A stretch of DNA of 64,000 nucleotides from Phyllobates terribilis (Eukaryota): the NCBI RefSeq assembly GCF_046119375.1, contig NW_027362769.1, positions 359,848,001 through 359,912,000 of the forward strand, written 5' to 3'. The translations under genes and the position numbers were made by a program. The notes below the pieces were generated by a model. It saw nothing but the letters and a program-made list of their open reading frames with translations. It did not search any database and was not told the DNA's origin. Positions 13,456-25,970 of this stretch are shown here, in pieces (position 1 is the stretch's first letter; each line of letters begins with the position of its first letter).

Positions 13456-13725
13456 ACCACATCTTCTGAGTGAGAGGCTACAATCTCCTGTTGCTGTGCC
13501 GGGAGCTGATCTCTACTGTGCACTGGTGATCTCTGTATTCTGGCTGGTAGATCGCTCAGGTGTCCGGTTCTCATCAGTGTAAGTTTTGTTCTTCCCATAT
13601 TGGGGAGAACGGCGGACAGTAATTCTAACACTAGTGAGATAACACTGATCCGCGGTTACTACAGACCATTGGATCCAGGTCCTGCAGTGAGAAGAATGTG
13701 ACTCTACTACATATTTCCACATCAG

Positions 13726-16510
13726 ATTATTATTATAGCGCCATTTATTCCATGGCACTTTACATGTGAAGAAGGGGTATACATACAAGAACAATTACAA
13801 TAATCTTGAACACCATGTGACTGCGACTGGTACAGGAGGAGCGAGGACCCTGCCTGCCATGGCTCAGTCTACAAGGGATGGGTGAGGATAGAGCTGGTCG
13901 TGCAGCATTATTTGTGGAGTGGTGGTTACTGCAGGTTGTAGGCTTGTCGGAAGAGGTGGGTCTTCAGGCTCTTTTTGAAGGTTTCCACGGTGGACGAGAG
14001 CCTGATGTGTTGGGGTAGAGAGTTCCAGAGTAGGGGAGACGCACGGGAGAAATCTTGTATGTGATTGTGGGAAGGGGCGATAAGAGGGGAGTAGAGAAGG
14101 AGATCTTGTGAGGATCGGAGGTTGCGTGCGGGTATGTTGCGGGAGAGTAGGCAAGATATATGTGGAGGAGACAGGTTGTGAATGGCTTTGTGTGTCATGG
14201 TTAGGGATTTTAACTGGAGTCTCTGGGCAATGGGGAGCCAGTGAAGAGATTGACAGAGAGGAGAGGCTGGGGGAAAAGTGGATTAGTCAATGGGCAGCCA
14301 TTGACGTTGATAGGTCAGTTGGAGGGGTTGAATGAGATGGTGGAAAGATGATGAATTCTGTTTTGTCCATGTTAAGTTTTAGAAATCTAGCAGAGAAGGA
14401 TGAAATAGCAGACAGACATTGTGGGATTTTGGTTAGTAAGGAGGTGATATCAGGTCCAGAGAGGCAGATCTGTGTGTCGTCAGCATAGAGGTGATAATGA
14501 AAGCCATGAGACTCTATGAGCTGTCCCAGGCCTAAGGTGTAGATGGAGATGAGCAGGGGTCCTAGAACTGAACCTTGGGGGACACCGACAGATAGGGGGT
14601 GAGATGAGGAGGTGGTTTGTGAGTGAGAGACACTGAATGTCCTGTCTGCTAGATATGAGGAGATCCAGGATAGGGCCCAGTTTGTGATGCCGAGAGATGA
14701 GAGTTTTTAGTAAGAGGGAATGGTCCACTGTGTCGAAGGCAGATGACAGGTCTAAGAGGAGGAGGACAGAATAGTGTCGCTTATATTTGGCGGTTAGTAG
14801 GTCGTTGGTAACTTTGGTCAGTGCAGTTTCAGTAGAATGGTGCGGTTGGAAACCAGATTGTAGATGGTCGAAGAGGGAGCAGGAGGAGAGGTGGGAGGAC
14901 AGCTCAGAATGGATGTGTTGTTCCAGTAGTTTTGAGGCATAGGGGAGAAGTGATATGGGGTGATGGGTCAAGGGAGGGCTTTTTGAGGATGGGTGTGATT
15001 GAGGCATGTTTGAAGCATGAGGGTAAGACACCAGTTGTTAGTGACAAGTTGAAGAGGAGGGATAGCGCTGGGATGAAGATAGTGGTAAGGTTTGGGATGA
15101 GGTGGGACGGGATTGGGTCAAGTTTACAGGTGGTGAGGTGTGATTTGGAAAGCAAAGAGGAAAGTTGATCTTCCTTAATGGTGGAGAGTGTGGTTTTGAA
15201 GGAGGAAGATTGAGTAGGTGTGGGGAGGGGCTGTGGGGGCTTTAGGTAAAAGCTTTGTCTGATGGTGTCAATCTTCTGTTTGAAGAATGAGGCAAAGTCT
15301 TCGGCTGAAATAAGATTAGAGGAAGGAGGCACTGGGGGACGGAGGAGAGAATTGAAGGTGTTGAATAGTTGTTTGGGGTTGTGAGACAGGGAGGATATGA
15401 GAGATGTGAAGTATGTTTGCTTTGCTGCAGTGAGTGTGGACTTGAAGGTAGTGAGAGACTGTTTGAATGCGATGAAGTGCTCATTGGAGTGGGACCTTTT
15501 CCATCTACGATCAGCAACCCTGGAGGCCCGTCACATTCCTTTAGTTAGGCTGGTGTGCAAGGGTTGTCTGTTGATTGTGCGGGCTTTGGTATGTGTGAGG
15601 GGGTCGACCGAATCGAGAGCTGCAGCTGTTGTGGTGTTGTATAAAGTGGCTGCAACATCTGCATCATGCAAGGAACAAATGTCTGTAAGAAGGAGAAGGG
15701 ATTCAGAGAGTGAGTGTAGGTCAAGGTGTTTGAGATTTCTGCGAGGGTATGCAAGTTTGTGAAGTGGGGATTGTTGCCCTGGAGAGGAGAGGGTAGAGAA
15801 TGTAAGTAGGTTGTGGCAGAGAGAGGGAGAGGTGAGTTAGAGAGGTTAGATGGGGAACAGAGGCTGGAGAAGATAACGTCCAGCGTGTGGCCGTCTTTGT
15901 GGGTGGGTGTGGAAGACCACTGGGTAAGACCAAAGGAGGAAGTGAGGGATTGAAGCTTAGAGGCGGCTGAGAGGGAAGTGTCAATGGGGATGTTGAAGTC
16001 ACCCATGAGGATAGTGGGGATGTCAACGGAGAGGAAATGAAGTAGCCAAGTGGTGAAGTGGTCAAAGAAAGTGGTTAGTGGTCAAATAAAGTGGTGGCTG
16101 ATCCTGGGGGGCGGTAGATGACAGCCAGTTGGAGGGGGAGTAGATGCGCACGCAGTGCACTTCAAAAGAGGGGAGAGAAATTGAGGGTGGCAGTGGAATA
16201 TGAGTGAAGGAGCAGTTATCTAAGAGGAGGAAACCTATTCCTCCACCGTGCTTGCCGGTGGGGCGGGGGGTATGGGAGAGGTGGAATCCGCCGTACGAAA
16301 GTGCAGCAGGAGAGGCCGTGTCAGAGGGGGTGAGCCAGGTTTCAGTGATGCCGAGGAAGGAAAGCTTGTTGGTGATGAAGAGGTCGTGAATGTAGGAAAG
16401 TTTGTTGCAGACAGAGCGAGCGTTCCATAGAGCTCCTATGGGGGGGGATTGGGGAAGCGGGGGCTGGGCGGATGGGTATAAGGTTAGAATGGTTATGAGA
16501 GTTTGGGATA
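13726..16510 (-). mobile_element. L2/CR1-group LINE, 5'-truncated and decayed ORF2 (APE endonuclease + RT)
   Basis: Fragments GALWNARSVCNK..LGITETWL and MGDFNIPID (APE), LLLLDLSSAFDTVDHSLL and YADD at ~14476-14487 (RT), and the C-terminus LWNSLP..IR...FKKSLKTHLF. The 3' end has AATAAA and a (TAA)n tail at 13726-13736. Many frameshifts and an internal deletion near 14280. The 5' boundary is approximate. Confidence 0.9.
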
Positions 16511-18000
16511 GATCGTCGGTAGGAGGTGGAAGTGACTGTGGGGATGTGGTGAGGATCTCTAGCTCCAGTGATTCCACATTCTCTAGGTTTCCCGGATTAG
16601 GGGAGCAGTATTCACTGATGGAAGACTCGGGGTTCAGCGAAGCTCTGGTCACTGGTTGATGCATATAGTGTAGTCGCTCTATCCAGATGCTGGGATGTGC
16701 CCTGTGTGATCTGGAGACTGGTATCCTTTTCGGCAGATTGCAGCACATTCAGTTTTGTGGACAAAGATCCTGACCAGGGAAGACTAACCTGCCTTTCCAG
16801 TTGGATCCCTTTCTTGAATTACGCCCCCACCTCCAATGGGGAGTTCGTTTTTTTTTCTCTGTATAAAAACCTAAGATTCTGCAGTTATTGGGCCCTGATT
16901 AGTACCAGGCTCAGTGTATATGCAGGGTAAGAGATCCTTTGTGCGGCTGCCTGTAATATTGGTAGCTGTTACAGCCTGGGACGTGTCTGTTATACACTCC
17001 TGACATGTACTGGTGTGTCTGCTCCGCAGTCTTTCACTTCTGGAGCTGACACCGCTGACTTTGGGTGATGTGATGTGTCTTCTTATAGATCTATAACATA
17101 AATATTACACACGGTGGATGCGGGGGAGTGGTGATACATATAGCTCTGTGCATACAGCTCATACCCTGCTGTGATGCGATTATTACAGAACAGAAATCCA
17201 AGTCTTGCCATGAGATGAATGTGTTGATTCTGCTACATGATATTTTTTCAGATCAGTGTAGGACACAGCAAATATTCACTGCATGAGGCAGCTGGATAGA
17301 TGGCCGCCCTGTGTACCCGGTATGTAGACTCCAATGTGATGACCGCTGATCTGTTTAGCCAATGAGTAGGAACCAGATATAGGGGTTTCCTCCTCCGTTT
17401 AACTCCTTAGTGGCCGTGTGTCTGCTGATCACACACATGCTTTACACAAGCGGCTCCTTCCCCCACTACAGACCCGCAGCGCTCACATCAGGCTCCTGGT
17501 AGAACATGAGAGACTTGTCTTAGTCTGTGGTGGGATCGGAACTGACACCACAGGGAATCCGCAAAGAATAATACGCGGGTGAGTGAGGAGCCTCCTGCAC
17601 GTGTAGATGGAGCGGAGAAGCATCAGATCACTGCTGGATATACAGATAACGGCACTGAATGGAATTAACCTCCTCTCCCCCTACATGAGGATTGTGTGGA
17701 GCTCAGAAAACCCAGGCAAAGTAATCGTCCAATTTATAGGTTTTGTGGAATAAAAAACATAATGACTGGACTCCATGCTTAATCTTCCCCTACGGAAATA
17801 TTTACCAGTCATCCCTTGTACACTGCTGAATATACTAGATCACTGCACCATCACCACACCAGTAACATGTAGCAGGATCTACCTGTGCATTTAATGCTTC
17901 TACTCTATAGTAAACAATGTATCGTGTAGTTCTATCTGACGCTGCAGGCGATGGTTCTCTTATCCACCAGCGGTGCCGGCTCTGATGAGGAGGATGTGGT

Positions 18001-18016
18001 GGCTCTTAGAAGAGCC
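18001..18016 (-). terminator. Histone 3' stem-loop of H2A
   Basis: The minus strand reads CAAA-GGCTCT-TCTA-AGAGCC-ACCAC. Confidence 0.95.
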
Positions 18017-18050
18017 TTTGGTTGTTCGGACAGATGTGGAGGAGCGGCGC

Positions 18051-19156
<1,106 letters not shown>

Positions 19157-19190
19157 NNNNNTCTGTCTGCTGCTCCGCCATCACCCCAAA

Positions 19191-19206
19191 GGCTCTTCTA
19201 AGAGCC
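19191..19206 (+). terminator. Histone 3' stem-loop of H2B; HDE at 19224-19234
   Basis: CAAA-GGCTCT-TCTA-AGAGCC-ACCAC; AGAGCTGTGGC lies 17 nt downstream. Confidence 0.95.
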
Positions 19207-19211
19207 ACCAC

Positions 19212-20301
19212 CCCGTCTCCATCAGAGCTGTGGCTGCTCCTGTGTCCTCTCCCGTCTCCATCAGAGCTGTGGCTGCTCCTGTGTCCTCTCCCGTCTCCAT
19301 CAGAGCTGTGGCTGCTCCTGTGTCCTCTCCCGTCTCCATCAGAGCTGTGGCTGCTCCTGTGTCCTCTCCCGTCTCCATCAGAGCTGTGGCTGCTCCTGTG
19401 TCCTCTCCCGTCTCCATCAGAGCTGTGGCTGCTCCTGTGTCCTCTCCCGTCTCCATCAGAGCTGTGGCTGCTCCTGTGTCCTCTCCCGTCTCCATCAGAG
19501 CTGTGGCTGCTCCTGTGTCCTCTCCCGTCTCCATCAGAGCTGTGGCTGCTCCTGTGTCCTCTCCCGTCTCCATCAGAGCTGTGGCTGCTCCTGTGTCCTC
19601 TCCCGTCTCCATCAGAGCTGTGGCTGCTCCTGTGTCCTCTCCCGTCTCCATCAGAGCTGTGGCTGCTCCTGTGTCCTCTCCCGTCTCCATCAGAGCTGTG
19701 GCTGCTCCTGTGTCCTCTCCCGTCTCCATCAGAGCTGTGGCTGCTCCTGTGTCCTCTCCCGTCTCCATCAGAGCTGTGGCTGCTCCTGTGTCCTCTCCCG
19801 TCTCCATCAGAGCTGTGGCTGCTCCTGTGTCCTCTCCCGTCTCCATCAGAGCTGTGGCTGCTCCTGTGTCCTCTCCCGTCTCCATCAGAGCTGTGGCTGC
19901 TCCTGTGTCCTCTCCCGTCTCCATCAGAGCTGTGGCTGCTCCTGTGTCCTCTCCCGTCTCCATCAGAGCTGTGGCTGCTCCTGTGTCCTCTCCCGTCTCC
20001 ATCAGAGCTGTGGCTGCTCCTGTGTCCTCTCCCGTCTCCATCAGAGCTGTGGCTGCTCCTGTGTCCTCTCCCGTCTCCATCAGAGCTGTGGCTGCTCCTG
20101 TGTCCTCTCCCGTCTCCATCAGAGCTGTGGCTGCTCCTGTGTCCTCTCCCGTCTCCATCAGAGCTGTGGCTGCTCCTGTGTCCTCTCCCGTCTCCATCAG
20201 AGCTGTGGCTGCTCCTGTGTCCTCTCCCGTCTCCATCAGAGCTGTGGCTGCTCCTGTGTCCTCTCCCGTCTCCATCAGAGCTGTGGCTGCTCCTGTGTCC
20301 T
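19212..20301 (+). repeat. 39-bp tandem array (~28 apparently identical copies) containing the H2B HDE
   Basis: Unit CCCGTCTCCATCAGAGCTGTGGCTGCTCCTGTGTCCTCT, period 39 (19212, 19251, ...). Confidence 0.97.
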
Positions 20302-20544
20302 GTCTATTCACAGGGTAAGTGGCAGGTGGCGCTAGTAGAGCTGATTAACCCTTTCTAGACTGATGGTGAAACCTATGAATGAGTCCTTCAGAGCTCTGAT
20401 CCTTTCAGTAATCTTATGAGCGAGTCCTGTGTTCAGTGGCTTTTTACTCCACCCCTTGCTCCCCAGATCTGATATTCCGGGGTCTCCTTCATCCGGTATA
20501 ACATGATTCGGTTAGTTCATGTTTCTCCGAATAACATGAGACAT

Positions 20545-21480
20545 TTGTGTAGATTTTATCTATAATTCCGGACACTTCTTTTCACAGCGGAAGAAATTAC
20601 ATCATTACATTTAGAAGTTGTGGAAACTACAATGAGCGGGAAATTCATAATCCGTAGAGGAAGAGGAGGAGCTAATGTTACCAATGGGTGAATTCCCGCT
20701 CAGTGCTTGATGGATTTTCTGTTCTTTGTCTTCATATAACACGTGGTCCTATGTCGGGCCGATATCGGGAACACCTGCATGTGTGCCGCGATTATTCCTC
20801 GTTTACATCATACAGGAGTCTGTAGAGTTTCGGGATTAGGGCAGCAGATCTTTCTCTTCAGTACATTGCATCACAATCACTATTGTGGAGGACTATATAC
20901 TGATCGGGGATTTATCCTACAAGAGACATTTCTAGAAAGATCAATTCTACTTTCCCATGCAGATCTCATTATGTCTCCCCGATCATCTCCTCAGCAGTTT
21001 TCCAGTAATCCATTTACAGATCAATTCTACAGCTAAAGGCAGGAGGTTTGTGACAGGACACGTACGATTGTGGATTGCAGATTGCTGAGAGTTCATTGCT
21101 CAAAACATTACACTCTGCTGTCAGGAGCCTATAGGTCAGGCATGCAGTATAGGTCAAGCATGCAGTTAGATCCTCAGTCATCACATCCTCCTCAGGAGAT
21201 TCTTTCCTGCTCAGGTACTGATCGCTCTTCTGCTCTTTCTCTTGTCATCCCCCTCTTTATCCACTGACACTGAACATGGGCCCCGTCTCCTCCCAAAAGA
21301 GAGAAGCTCCGCACTCCAGTTGTGCTTCCCTGCCGGATAATGTCTGTCGTACAGAAAGCGGATTGTACGATGTGGAGACGATCTGGAGCTGCTGAGACCC
21401 CAGAAGGGTAACACAGGCGATGGCCTCCGCTGACTGCCACCTCCCTGACCTGTAATATAAGTACACCCCACTATTGTGCA
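20545..21480 (-). pseudogene. Inverted gene-less relic of the H1-H3 region (upstream block, H1 promoter remnant, spacer module)
   Basis: On the minus strand, 21480-21341 matches 8354-8492, 21340-21258 matches the H1 promoter 8746-8836, and 20770-20545 matches 11790-12045. Order and orientation are colinear, with no histone CDS in between. Confidence 0.7.
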
Positions 21481-21560
21481 AAAGGTGAACTACTGAGAGA
21501 AGACACAAAATGAAGCGTCTACACATAGAGCACAGCTGTATATAGTGCACAGACTGCACA

Positions 21561-21733
21561 ATATATATATATATATATATATATATAGAACAATGTGTAT
21601 AGTATATAGAGCAGCCTGTACAGTATATAGAGCTGCCTGTACAGTATATAGAGCTGTGTGTACAGTATATATAGCTGCCTGTACAGTATATAGAGCTGCC
21701 TGTACAGTATATAGAGCAGTGTGTACAGTATAT
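21561..21733 (+). repeat. (AT)n microsatellite followed by ~7 units of the 21-bp satellite (left end of the large array, cut off by the PLE insertion)
   Basis: (AT)13 at 21561-21587, then CAGTATATAGAGCAGCCTGTA-type units. Confidence 0.9.
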
Positions 21734-21916
21734 TACTAATTTAAACCCACCTAACCTCCCAAACCCCCCAAATCACCCAATCCAACCCCTGATGACTATT
21801 GAAGTCACACAACCTATAGCCACTCCCACCACTTTAAATAATAGATTTGACATTCTAGAAACTATTAATGAATCTCCATTCAACGAGGAAGACCAACCAG
21901 ACATGGCCTCCAATAA

Positions 21917-23931
21917 CACCCCCAAGAGACAAAGTCGCGATAGTAACCCCAGACACCCACAAGTACGCAAGAAAACCAGCTCCTCAAATTTTTTTCAGAG
22001 GGCACAAAAAACAAACGTAAGAGGGGAGGTAGAGGAGGGCAACTCTCCAAAAAGAAAAAGGCAGATACAGAAGAGATAAACCAAAAAGCCGACACTATCT
22101 TCAATCTCAGTAAACATACCCTAAAACCAAACGAAATCAACCTCCTAACTAAAGGTCTTAAATATGCCCCCTCCACAGGATTCAATAAATTTCAAGCTTT
22201 CATTGGAGTCAAACAGTTTATGCGAAAACTAGCACTCAAAAAATACTACCTGAAACATCAGGACCGGGGGCACATAAATGAACCTAGAAACTCACTCACT
22301 TTGAAATATGCCCACACCAACTTAAAAACCAAATCCAAATTCCATCCATTAAACGAATACTCATCTGCACTCGAAAGTTTTCAAAACAATGTCATCTCAG
22401 ATATCCGTAAATTAAGCCACAAAAAATGTAACAAATTCCAATACAACTTTAACGCCTCTGAAAGGAAAGCAATATATATCTTACAGAAAAATCAGAACAT
22501 AATTATCCGTCCAGCTGATAAAGGAGGTGGTATAGTTATACTGGATCTAGAACAATATCAATCAGAAACAAACAGACTACTAAGTGACACAAGAACATAC
22601 AATACTATGAGGGAGGACCCCACAGATATGTACCTAAAAGAACTAAAAACACTAACTACCAAAGGACTAGATAAAGGCTTCCTTACGAAACAGGAGTTTG
22701 AATACATCACTATCTCCCACCCACGTCTTGCAACATTTTATTATCTACCAAAAATACATAAGTCACTCTCCCATCCTCCAGGCAGACCTATCATCTCAGG
22801 TATCCAATGCCTAACATCAAATCTATCCAGATTTGTGGATAAACACTTACAAGACCTAGTACCCCTTTTGCCGACATATTTAAAAGACAGTCAACATGTA
22901 CTTCAGCTTTTACAAAAAATCAAATGGCATGACAATTTCATCCTAGGCACCCTGGACATCTCGTCCTTATACACCGTGATTCAGCATAATGCGGGCTGCG
23001 ACGCAGCCACACATTTTCTTTTGAAACAAAACAAACTACCTAAAGAACAAATAATGTTCATGAAGGAATGTATGAAGTTCATACTGACGCATAATTATTT
23101 TAAACACGATAAACTTTTCTACACACAACAATGGGGCACAGCAATGGGTACTAGATTTGCCCCAAGCTATGCCAATCTATACGTTGGCAAATGGGAGGAG
23201 TTAGCTATCCACCCAGGCGGCACACTCAGACCTAACTTGGTATTTTGGCAAAGATTTATTGACGACGTACTTTTTATCTGGTCTGGTGACCAAGAATCCC
23301 TAGACTCCTTTATCAGGGAGATCAATATCAATAACTTTTTCTTGGAATTTACCTCCAACATAAGCCAAAAACAGCTAAACATCTTAGATCTCAACATATA
23401 TATCCAAGATCAAAAAATCCATACAAAAACATATATGAAGCCAACGGACTCAAATAGCTTCATCTCTCTGGACAGCTGTCACCTCCCCAGCTGGCTGTTA
23501 AACATCCCACGCAGTCAATACATGAGATTATATAGAAATTGCTCCAACACTGGGGACTTCAACGAAGAAGCCATACAATTAACAAATAAATTTTTAGAAA
23601 AAGGTTACAATCCACAATTTTTACAAAAAGTGAAAAATCAGATTCAAACTATACCCAGAGATAACCTCCTCAAGAACAGCACCACAAAAATTAATGCCAC
23701 TGACCCTACAACACAACCAGATATCCCTATCATAACTCAATACAACTCCAATACATATTTATTAAGAAAAATAATTTCAAAACACTGGCATATCCTTCAC
23801 GATGACAAAACAATAGGCGACCTTATTCCACCAAAACCAAGATTCATCTATAGGAAAGCAAAAAACCTAGGGAACCTCATCGCACCAACAGTTCGCAATC
23901 CTCAAATCATTAATCAACCCACACTTATTAA
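21917..23931 (+). pseudogene. PLE reverse transcriptase part (interrupted ORF)
   Basis: The frame is open from 21917 through IFNLSKHTL..LLTKGLKYAP, IIIRPADKGGGIVI, FYYLPKIHK...PPGRPIIS, LGTLDISSLYT, GTAMGTRFAPSYANLY, WQRFIDDVLFIW and KTYMKPTDSN. ORF-track residues after PTLI come from the inserted element. Confidence 0.92.
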
Positions 23932-25408
23932 CCCCTTAATAACATCTGACGTACTAATACGCGTCTGTGCCCTGGGACTTAAGAGCCAGACCCGTATTAG
24001 TACGTCATCGCGATCGCGCGCGCACACAGGCTGTGCGGGCGCGATCGCCGCCGGGTGTCAGCTGATTGTCACAGCTGACACCCGGTATTATGTGCAGGGA
24101 GCGGTCCTGCACCGCTCCCAGCACATTAACCCCCGCGATGCTGCGATCGAAGTCGATTGAAGTCGATCGCGGCATTGCGGGGGCAAGGGGAGGTGATCGG
24201 CGATACTCACCACCTCTTCCGGCTTCCAGCGCAGTCTGCAAAGGCTTACCGGGTGTTGCCATGACGACCCGATGTCGTCATGACAACATCCGGGTCACCA
24301 GAGAGCAGGAAGATTGCTTGGACATGCGCAGTGCATCTCCAAGCAATCTTCACACTGTGCATTTCTGACAGCCTTCATGGCATAGGGATGGTGCTCCATT
24401 CCTGTGCCATGCAGGCGATCAGAAAAAAAAAAGTGAAAGTCTCAGAGTGGGACAAAGTAATAAAGTGTATAAACTGTGTGAAAGTGGAAAAAAAAAAAAA
24501 TGTGCAAAAATATTCTAAAAAAATAAAAAAAATAATACACCAAAAATAAAAATATAATGTACCCATCAATAAATATTATTATAAAAAAAACAAAAAAAAA
24601 AACAGTAAAAGTACACATATTTGGTATCACCGCGTCCGGAAAAACCTGACCTATAAAACTGTCCCACTAGTTAACCCCTTCAGTGAACACGGTAAAAAAA
24701 AAAAAAAACGAAGCAAAAAACAATGCTTTATCACCATACCGCCAAACAAAAAGTGGAATAACACGCGATCAAAAAGACGCATATAAATAAAAATGATACC
24801 GCTGAAAACGTCATCTCGTCCCGCAAAAAACAAGCCGCCATACAGCTCCATCAGCTGAAAAATCAAAAAGTTATAGCTCTCAGAATAAAGCGATACTAAA
24901 AAATATTTTTTTCTATAAAATAGCTTTTATTGTGTATAAGCGCCAAAACATAGAAAAATGATACAAATGTGGTACCGCTGTAAACGTACTGACCCGAAGA
25001 ATAAAGCTACCTCATCAATTTTACCACACGCGGAACAGAATAAAAAAAAAAAAAAAAAAAACAATTCCTGAATTGTTGGTTTTTGTTTATTCTGCCTCCC
25101 AAAAATCGGAATAGAAAGTGATCAAAAAATGTCACGTGCCTGAGAATGGCACCAATAACAACGTCAAGTCATCCCGGAAAAAACGAGCCGTCACATGACT
25201 GTCTGCCAAAATCTGGAAAAATTATAGCTCTCAAAATATGGCGATGCAAAAACTAGATTTTACAAAAAATGCGTCTTTTAGTGTGTGACAGCTGTCAGTC
25301 ATAAAAACCCCATATGATTCTGGCATTGCTGTAATCACACCGACCCGAAGAATAAAGTCGTCTAATCACTTATACCGCACAAGGAACGGCGTCAAAAATA
25401 AACTCTTG

Positions 25409-25530
25409 GGTTAGGATTGGGCTAGGGTTAGGGCTGGGTTTGGGGCTAGGGTTGTGCTGGGGCTAGGGTTGTGCTGGGGCTAGGGTTGTGCTGGGGCTAG
25501 GGTTGTGCTAGGGTTAGGGCTGGGGTTGGG
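25409..25530 (+). repeat. G-rich telomere-like repeat (TTAGGG/CTAGGG variants and 17-bp CTAGGGTTGTGCTGGGG x3-4)
   Basis: Directly visible; more than 12 GGG runs. Confidence 0.85.
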
Positions 25531-25572
25531 ATTTTTTTCAAAAGTAAGAAAAAAAGATGACGATATGGCGAC

Positions 25573-25873
25573 TAGTGTTGAGAGCAAGTGCTCGCTACTT
25601 GAGTTTGCATCGGGTGCTCTGGTATGCATTGAGTATCGTGGGTATTTGAGTGACATGCTCGAGTCTCTGCCCCATATGCTTCGCGGCCAAAAAACTTTAC
25701 GGGGATTGCCTGCCATGCACGAGCGATCCCCGCATGTTTTTTTTTTGGGTGTCTAATAACCGTGAAACATGCGGAGCAGGGACTCGAGCATGTCACTCGA
25801 GCACACGCTGTACATGGTGCATACCTGAGTACCCGATGCAAACTCAAGTAGCGAGCACTTGCGCTCAAGAATA
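25573..25873. mobile_element. hAT-type MITE (301 bp) nested in the TTAA element
   Basis: ~40-bp TIR TAGTGTTGAGAGCAAGTGCTCGCTACTTGAGTTTGCATCGGG / CCCGATGCAAACTCAAGTAGCGAGCACTTGCGCTCAAGAATA. Decayed 8-bp TSD ATGGCGAC (25565-25572) / ATGACAAC (25874-25881). Confidence 0.82.
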
Positions 25874-25970
25874 ATGACAACTTATTCAATATGATGACCT
25901 AATGTAAACAAATTCTGTGCCGTACCTCTGGGTTCAAAATGTTCACTATACACCTTAATAAAATCCTTGA

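Noticed and set aside
16580-16620. SPNPG string upstream of the L2 endonuclease as a 2A/StopGo peptide
   Set aside because: It lacks the D(V/I)ExNPGP consensus (reads EYCSPNPGN), and the surrounding sequence is not clearly L2.
19212-20301. CRISPR-like appearance of the 37- and 39-bp repeats
   Set aside because: Units are head-to-tail with no unique spacers, there are no cas genes, and the context is eukaryotic.
23932-24160. C-terminal ~76 aa of the 646-aa ORF as part of the PLE protein
   Set aside because: It is read-through into the inserted TTAA element; the true continuation is at 28039.
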